Assembly: GCA_012295275.1 (NCBI GenBank)
Contig: CM022669.1
Span: 18,786,001-18,850,000 of the forward strand
DNA from: Chrysomallon squamiferum
Lineage: Eukaryota; Animalia; Mollusca
Reading direction: 5' to 3'
DNA: 64,000 nt
This document shows, piece by piece, positions 57,318 to 64,000 of the stretch. How positions within the stretch are numbered: position 1 is the first letter of the stretch; every line of letters starts with the position of its first letter. A model generated the notes under the pieces. The model was not told the origin of the DNA. It ran no database searches and saw only the letters and a list, made by a program, of their open reading frames with translations. The position numbers and the translations under genes are program-made.

Positions 57318-58155
57318 TATGAAATAATTCTGATAACAATGCAGTTAGTAGCAATACACATTTGATGAAAAGTAATAACTAAAGGAGACAAGACGAGATT
57401 TCTCTCATGAAATATTTTAATTATCTGACATGATTGATCTCTAAATACAATTTTATTTTACTATGGATATGAAAAAAATTCATAGAAACGGATTTCGTAT
57501 CTTACAACACTTTGTTTACAAAAAGAAAAACTTTTTTTTTTATTGCAAAAGGAAAATACATTAATGATACACACTAAATACATATTATTTCAGATCACCA
57601 ATACAAAAAGCAAGGTGCATTTTTTTCTTATTGACAATGAGAAGAACTCAAAGAAACAGATTTGTGTTTATTTTTTAACTGCTAAAACCTGAAACTATTT
57701 TGTTTAATTTTTGTCCTTCTTTAGAAATCTTCTTTCATAAAAGATGTTAAAAAAAGGAAAAGAAACAATAAAAAAGAGTTAGTTCTCTATTTTAATACCT
57801 GGTTCTTTTACATTTTTTATTTTTTCATTTTTTTTTTTAATACATAGAGAAGTGATTTGTGTTTAAATGTCTGCTTCAAAAAGCAAAAGGTTTCATAATA
57901 ATGTAAGTCCCTTCATTATAAAAACTTAAAAATTTATTTTCAATCCAACAACTAATAGTTATGACAAACAAAAACAAACAAAAAAAAGGAAATAAATCTT
58001 CATAAAACTTTGTTTATTTATTTTGAACAACAGTTTATTTAATTGTTCAGTCTTTGCACTCTTCTTTTGTATAAACACATCCATACATCATGAACAAGAG
58101 TTATCTGTCAAAGATCTAGTAATAATAATTATTAAACATTAAAAAAATACTATTA

Positions 58156-59066
58156 TCAGCTTGCAGCTGCTGCTGTTTCACTTTCACTTTCAGATTCTTT
58201 CATCTTTTCAATTTCTTCCATAATTTTCTTTCTGTTTCTAGCTGCTTGAATATAAGTCATTGGGTGTATGGGGAGAAAGCCTCCCAAGCCTGTAAAAGAC
58301 AAAAAAAATTAAAAAATAATAATAATAAAACAAATATTTATATATAGATGTTTAAAGCAATGTAATAATTAACAATACATTCTGAACAAATGATTTTAAA
58401 CCATTTAAATTTTGTTAGACTGTCTGTGAAGAGCTCAGTAAAAAAGAAAATAAATGATACATTTCAATTCATATATCTGGTATTTCTATTTCTATAAACA
58501 TGGGCATACATGTTTTCCTGTCTATGGGAAGGTGGTATAAAACATTCATTGCTTCTGGCAAAAACAGCCCAAGCATTGCTTGGCACTAGTGGCAGTGGAT
58601 TTAATTGTTTATTGTCCATTTGAGCACTTTAATAGAATTATATAAGATTAAGACAAAATTAATTAAAAAGAAAAACAATTATAATTTAAAAACATATTTA
58701 TATAAACAAAATTTCACAGAATTTAACTTAGTAAAGTGGTAATATATAAAATCTTCAGGCAGAAAGTTTCTTAATATTAGTAAACAAATTATTTCAACAG
58801 AATATGTCACCTAAAAGTTTCTGCAGTGGTTTCGATGGCTGTGCTCCATTTGCCATCCAGTATTTTAATCTCTCAAAATTAACTGCTATAAGTTTTTCAT
58901 TATTCATGTTTGGGAGAGGGTCGTAGCTTCCAATCTGCTCCACTATGCGACCCTGTCGAGGGCGTTTGTCAGGGATGACAATGATGCGGTAGTAAGGGCG
59001 ATTGGTGCATCCATACAGTGAGAACCTGATGGCCAGACTGGGTGGTCGCTGGGGAAGTCGAGGCAT
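58156..59066 (-). CDS. MRPS16: 28S mitochondrial ribosomal protein S16 (bS16m), 129 aa, 2 coding exons
   Basis: Exons 59066-58811 and 58289-58156. GCTNRPYYRIIV, GRIVEQIGSYDPLPN, EKLIAVNFERLKYW, GAQPS and LLGLGGFLPIHPMT are diagnostic of mitochondrial S16. Confidence 0.95.
58470..58600 (+). mobile_element. Degenerate SINE body in the MRPS16 intron
   Basis: catgttttcctgtctatgggaaggtggtataaaa resembles the SINE bodies at ~38740 and ~28960. Confidence 0.35.
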
Positions 59067-60561
59067 GGCGGAAAAGTAATTCTTCTAAAAATTAAAAAAA
59101 AGAATGAAAAGTAAAAATGTGAAAGAAAGTAGTGATGTATTTAAAATCATAATAAAAATTATAAAAAGTTAAATACATTTCAAAACTGATCATCTTAAGA
59201 TGAAGAAAAAAAAAATGACAAGATGTTTGTATTATAATAGGAAAGTTTTTATTTTTTACAGTCATACCACACAATATTTGTGCAACATATATATATATTT
59301 TATTTGCCAAGATTTAGATGATGCTGGTGACTGTCAGATTTTTATAGTTATAAAATAATTTTTGTCCTTATATTTGGCATGTATTTCATTTCACATGCAG
59401 ATGGATGTCATTTTATTTAAGAGAAATAGTGAGGCATTTTTTGTTCTTGTTTCATTTTTAATCTCACTGCTATATTGATTTCATTATGGCTATTTGTTTA
59501 TAAATTGTGGTATCCAGGTATCCTATCATATCACGTTTAATTTAAATAAACAAAACCATTATATTTTATGAGACTTTAAAAATGGTGTGCAAATTATTTT
59601 ATACTGATAACAAATTCGATGCTCGTTGGAAAGGGGGTTTTGTCTTTTCAAATGCCGAGAAATGGTCTTTTCTCCGCTTAAAAATGTACAATATAATGAA
59701 AATTACCGATGAGTTTTAAAAATGTGCTTAAATGTTTTTGCACAGTTAATACCTTGATGCAACACCTTTTTATGGCAATGTAAACTGGATATGTAAACAA
59801 ATCAACAAATCAAGCATTTAGTTAATATAATTTTTACATGCCTAAATCGTGACTGTTCTAGTAGTTAACCATTAACTTAGTGCACACTACATAACGTCCT
59901 TGGCACGGCAGAAGTAAATAAACGTGCCCACTTCGTACCCAGTTTTTAACGGTCCTTAAATTGTCAATACCAACCATATAAATAATAACATAACTGTTGT
60001 TTGAAAAATGATGAACAGTTTTGTCTTTAATAGGATTTAGTGAAACATAACAATCTATTTCTTCTCAGTTTCTAACCAGACTGTGTATTTGTTTATTCCT
60101 TTTTTATCATCATTATCATGATCATTAATGTGGAGGAATTTGTTTGGGTAGAGATTTGTTTGGAACGTCTACTGATTCATCGATTAAGTTACATGAAATG
60201 GAGTTATCCGCCGCTTAATAGACAAGTATTCAGTTCTTATCAAAGTGGAATCCGAAACTGGCCGAAATATTCCGAATTCCTTTTACACATCCAAAATATC
60301 TTTTTGAATAAATTGATTGCCCTTATTTGTATTTGTTTATTTTTAAATTTAATATTACATCAAATACAAATTTGCAACATAACGATTGCAGAATTACAAA
60401 TTGTTTTTCGTTAATGAAATTTATTCTTCTCAAAATGATACCTTACTGAACGATATACATCGAAATTTATCGAAATATGCCGAAGGTAGCGCATCAAAAG
60501 CGAATGTCACAGTTCCACATGGAGTTGTGAGTTCTTGCTGAATCACTTCAGTTAGCAAGAA
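59067..60561. promoter_or_regulatory. Divergent (probably bidirectional) promoter and 5' UTR region of MRPS16 and PSMC3
   Basis: The start codons are ~1.5 kb apart, head-to-head. A splice acceptor lies just upstream of the MRPS16 ATG, so its TSS is closer to PSMC3. Locally CpG-richer near 60170-60500. Confidence 0.55.

Positions 60562-64000
<3,439 letters not shown>

Overview
AT-rich, microsatellite-dense eukaryotic (animal) genomic DNA, probably molluscan (inference). Almost all of the supplied ORF track is simple-repeat noise. The real genes are spliced and were reconstructed by hand from GT-AG junctions and reading-frame continuity. In order: (1) about 9 kb of non-coding DNA with SINEs, a 15-bp minisatellite and fragments of a possible minus-strand transcript; (2) a 10-exon SLC22/organic-cation-transporter-like MFS gene (10020-15726, +); (3) a tandem array of five intact secreted MSP130-like genes (mesenchyme-specific cell surface glycoprotein; bacterial choice-of-anchor I / alkaline-phosphatase-associated beta-propeller family) at 18340-56938, +, a family linked to biomineralisation and to horizontal transfer from bacteria; (4) MRPS16 (-) head-to-head with PSMC3/Rpt5 (+, runs off the window). 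The main finding is the array. It splits into two subfamilies: copies 1-2 keep most of the family's acidic motifs, while copies 3-5 have systematically replaced them and gained a new Asp/Asn-rich loop. None has a GPI-type tail. This suggests a lineage-specific set of secreted matrix proteins with altered function. Family consensus motifs are quoted from memory and need HMM or alignment confirmation.
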